DNA from: Sporopachydermia quercuum
Taxonomy: Eukaryota
Assembly (NCBI GenBank): GCA_001599295.1
Contig: BCGN01000004.1
Span: 128,138 to 192,137 of the forward strand
Length of the DNA: 64,000 bases
Reading direction: 5' to 3'
Shown: one piece after another, positions 60,263-64,000 of the stretch
Numbering within the stretch: position 1 is the stretch's first letter
Layout of the letters: each line of letters starts with the position of its first letter
The notes under the pieces: model-generated
What the model was told of the DNA's origin: nothing
The model's input: the letters and a program-made list of their open reading frames with translations, nothing else
Databases searched by the model: none
Made by a program: the position numbers and the translations under genes

Positions 60263-62218
60263 TCATACAACAGGCTCTCGAGCATTACTCAACTTGTTCA
60301 AATGCAAATAAACATCGGTTCCGTAGCCCTCCATTGAAAATAATTGTACATCCCCCCCAAAATACCGAGCATATAATCGGCTGATAGGTAATCCATATCC
60401 GAACCCCGCCATTGGTGCTCCCATCATTGTTTCATTGAAATCATCCGTCAATTGCGGGGTATTTTTAACCGTTGTGAACATATAATCAAATACTTGTGCA
60501 ACGTTCGACCGGGGAATTCCGCCACCTTGATCCGAAATCTTAATTGTAATGTCTTCTTTACCGTCGGCTACAATTACCTGAATAGGAGGATACTCGGTAA
60601 TAGGTGATCGGGTGAATTTAATCCCATTAGGACTAGTAGCCGAGCTTCCCCTCTCGGAAATGCCGGCTTCTTCCGAGGTCGGATTACTGCTACTTTCAAT
60701 TGAGTTATCTGCTTCTCCGTTATCTCCCAAATTCTCCGAGTTTCCCTCGGCTTCCTTCCCGAGTCTCCCTGGTTCCGCTCCGACTGATTCCGCACTCGGC
60801 CCATAATAATCTTTACTACTAATAACTAACGATACATACTCCTGATCAATAGTCCCGATCCCGTACTTCTCCACAGTTGCCCTCAACGAGTTCTTCACCA
60901 TTTCGAATATCATATGATTCAAATGAGCAGGAATATACATCAAAGTCAAATTCTTATCGCAAATCAGCTCAACTCTAGGTGATCCTTCATATAATCCAAA
61001 CCAATCCTCACATACTTGCTTGGCTAACTGTATAGCTTCAGTAGCTACATTATGAACATTGGTTCTAGTACATATAAGCCCAACATAGCCTTGTTCCTGT
61101 AGTTTATTCAACTGTCGTAAAGGAATTCTACCAGTCCAAATATCGCATAGAGAAACATGCTGGCCAATAAGTAATCTAATGCCAATTCTACTCATATAGA
61201 ATTTATCGAGAAACTGTTGAATTTTTTCATTGATAATGAGGTTTTTAGATTTGGTGCTGAAGTCTTGGCGATAATCTTTAATACCTTTGGCGATTGTAGT
61301 AACAACAGAGTCGTGACGGTGTCTTATTTTTCGTAATAGTTCTGCGTATTGAGAGATATAGTTTAGCACCTCTGGAGGCCATTGCTTGTTATCAGAATCG
61401 AAGATTTGATTGTTATTAATAGAGACATCGACAGGGGAATAATCAGGAGTTGATAGAAACGAGGATAAGGTTTGCTTAAGCCTTTGAAATAAGGTTAGGT
61501 TTGAACGATAAGATTTAAATGAGCTCAAATCTAAAGTTAAAGGTTGAGGAGATGAGTTGTCGATTGATGCGTTGGAATCTGAGGTGTTCGCAGAATTTGA
61601 GAAATTTGAGGAATCCGTCATAATATTGGGGTCGCTTTTTGATGAATTAGAAGTTGAATTGCTATTATTGGTTTGATTATCTTCACTGATAGGTACACTT
61701 ATAAACGAACTAGCTTTCAGAAGTTCAGCTTTAAGTTCAGGCGAAATAGACTTAGCAATTTCACTATCGTTAAACGCTAATAGCTCCTCAAAGGACCTCT
61801 CGTATCCCAGCCTTACTTTGAGAATCGAAGCATTTTCAGCCAGATCCTCTGGAAGGGTCTTCAGATCAAGAATTCTATGGGCTATTCTGGTTGGTAACTC
61901 TTCCTGTATGAATAATGAAGCTCTATAAAGCTGTGGTAAAGAAGGAGACCTACCGAATCTTGCCATTCGTAATAACGAGAGGTTTGACGGAGGAAATTTC
62001 GCATAGTGAGCTATTTTCTCTTGCAGACTTTTGTTCTTGAGATCAAATGGACTGGAGGATATAGTGTGCTGCGAGAAGGGTCTGGTTGATAGAATGATAG
62101 GAGTATATAATGAAGAATGCTGAGCATATTTTGAAGAATTAAGAAGATTATTTGGTCTTTTCAGCTGCTTTGTGATTGTAGTGATGCCTTTGGATACTCG
62201 AGGAAGTTTTGGTAACAT
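60263..62218 (-). CDS. Mitochondrial pyruvate dehydrogenase kinase (PDK/BCKDK family; Pkp1/Pkp2-like)
   Basis: ATG at 62218 (MLPKLPRVSK presequence); EELPTRIAHR, FLDKFYMSRIGIRLLIGQH, EMVKNSLRA, ISDQGGGI, MAGFGYGLPISRLYARYFGG, EGYGTDVYL. Confidence 0.93.
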   Translation of the reverse strand: MLPKLPRVSKGITTITKQLKRPNNLLNSSKYAQHSSLYTPIILSTRPFSQHTISSSPFDLKNKSLQEKIAHYAKFPPSNLSLLRMARFGRSPSLPQLYRASLFIQEELPTRIAHRILDLKTLPEDLAENASILKVRLGYERSFEELLAFNDSEIAKSISPELKAELLKASSFISVPISEDNQTNNSNSTSNSSKSDPNIMTDSSNFSNSANTSDSNASIDNSSPQPLTLDLSSFKSYRSNLTLFQRLKQTLSSFLSTPDYSPVDVSINNNQIFDSDNKQWPPEVLNYISQYAELLRKIRHRHDSVVTTIAKGIKDYRQDFSTKSKNLIINEKIQQFLDKFYMSRIGIRLLIGQHVSLCDIWTGRIPLRQLNKLQEQGYVGLICTRTNVHNVATEAIQLAKQVCEDWFGLYEGSPRVELICDKNLTLMYIPAHLNHMIFEMVKNSLRATVEKYGIGTIDQEYVSLVISSKDYYGPSAESVGAEPGRLGKEAEGNSENLGDNGEADNSIESSSNPTSEEAGISERGSSATSPNGIKFTRSPITEYPPIQVIVADGKEDITIKISDQGGGIPRSNVAQVFDYMFTTVKNTPQLTDDFNETMMGAPMAGFGYGLPISRLYARYFGGDVQLFSMEGYGTDVYLHLNKLSNAREPVV

Positions 62219-64000
62219 TTTGGAGAGCTTTAGATTTGCTTTTATGTGATGCGTTGTGTGTATAAGTATCGCATCAATGTTACTGCAATGATGCTGAGAG
62301 TTGAATGTTGAATAATACATGCAAAGGTGTCGTTTGAATGCAATTAGGTACGTGAATAACAAACAAGATGCTGTACTGGAATTAATTATAAGTCTTTGGA
62401 AGCGCCAGCTTATGCTGTGGTGTATCCGTCAGAGTTCCAAGCGAATCACTCGTTAATAGACTGTTGCAAATTTTTTCGTTCTAATAGCTAAACTGAGTCA
62501 ATCAAAGTGATCTGCTGGAGCAATAATTGCTTTTAATTTGAGTTTGTTCACCGAAGCTAGTTCTTATTCTTAGCTGTTACTGATTTTCTGGTACTCAACA
62601 ATCAATGCCGCAATGAGGTAGCTTGCCTCAATTGTTGTTAGCGAACCAGGAGGAAAGACAGCCGACAAGATANTTCTCAAAAGAGTTACCAAGAGAATAT
62701 TCTCCCAAAATACAATAANTACTACTAATCAGTTGCTCATGCGGTTCGTTTTTAAGCCTACTGCAAATATCTCTTCTGGCAATGTTCTTTCTTGNTGTGC
62801 CTGTGACTACTCAACTTCAGTTCATCACAGCTACCACGCTGAATGCTCTCTGCCAGAAAGGAAGTTCCAATGAGCTCAAAATAACGTATTCAGATTCCCA
62901 CAATAAACAAATGCAATACTATAACGCTTTATTATTAACTTAAGGTAATACTATTAACAGTCATTTATTCTTCATAGTAAACTTGTGATTCAGCCAATGA
63001 TGAAAATGATGAAATAATGTCCAAGAAAATAAATGGGTATAAAGGGTCTATTAAGGTCGGGGTAAAAGATAGACAGAAANAGGGTCTGGATTTGAAGATG
63101 TGTGAGAAACGAATAAGCGCAGGGGGAAGCGTAGAGATAATTAGGGGCTTGTGGATGTGGGTCGGGTGAGCTCCATAGGATCTGAAGAGTGATGATGTGA
63201 GGAGAAAGAGAATAGATGATTATGTAATATGAAACCGGATAGATGGAGAGAGCAAAATCAGGGGCGGGTCTGGAGATAAGAAATGGGTTAATGTGGGTAA
63301 AAGAAGAGAAATACGTAGGAAAAAAATAGCTAAAAGCACCAAATTATTCTGATTTAAATGAAAAATAAATCCCTAATTCATTATTGTTGAACATAATAAA
63401 CTATAATATTCAATCACATTGACCTCTCTCTCATTCTGTTTTATACTCCCTGTTCACCTCTTCAATCCTCTCTCTGAGTCTCCAGTCCTTTCCCTTTTTC
63501 AAGATCACGTAATCTAATGGAGTTACCCGTCGCTCACATCTAGGTAAACCAATCAAATTGTCATAATAAGCAATGAATAAACCTTTCCAACTGATCTTAA
63601 GGCACTATCACCAAACATTATCACAACAGTACAGTAGTACAATGGTGTATATACACTATCTACTACTACCGACGTATCTAGCGACTGTCAGTAAAGGATA
63701 TAATTGAAGACGACACACTATCTTCATCCAGAAAAGTGTTAATTATAGATAATCATAGAGCTTCCTGAGGTAGTTTTGTTTTATGAATTATACACGGACA
63801 TACTATACATACATATTTAATGCTAGACAGGATAAGAGAAGGTAGAATAAAGGAAGAGCTATCAAACAGCATCACCATTCTGTATAATACGCATTTACAT
63901 CGAACGATTGAATATCCAGGTACTTAAACCAGTCAAATCAGTCCAAACAACCCAATTATCATTACTTACGACTACANATCATATACAATGTCATTTATTA

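Noticed and set aside
62219..62362. N-terminal extension of the PDH kinase ORF
   Set aside because: Starts at TTG with UTR-like composition; ATG 62218 begins a typical mitochondrial presequence.

Overview
AT-rich eukaryotic nuclear DNA from a budding yeast (Saccharomycotina-like gene set). CUG decodes as Leu at conserved positions, and the region is intron-rich, with GTA[AT/C]GT-type donors and [TA]CTAAC branch points close to the 3' AG. About 24 protein-coding genes are supported: RIM101/pacC, PET8/SAM5, NFS1, LEU2, a DSF2-like Sel1 protein, an ITR inositol transporter, an Rcf3-like small protein, a WDR8-like propeller, CUB1, HOS3, OTU2, a PPR protein, CYC3, a secreted CREG-like repeat protein, a TM+Ish1-like microprotein, MDP1, a NoxR/p67phox-like TPR protein, ERG28, a low-complexity orphan, URA9, GET2, a small orphan and a PDH kinase. 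Several spliced genes missed or fragmented by the ORF track were rebuilt by hand. The three most notable signals are: (1) MDP1 needs a 2-nt micro-exon (CT, 42622-42621) between two canonical introns to keep its frame; (2) a secreted CREG/FMN-split-barrel protein carries five recently expanded units that alternate Trp/Lys 11-residue-period cationic helices with acidic spacers; (3) a divergent NoxR-like gene has a possible premature TAG. No tRNA, rRNA, transposon or CRISPR is supported. All family calls come from recalled motifs, not database searches.
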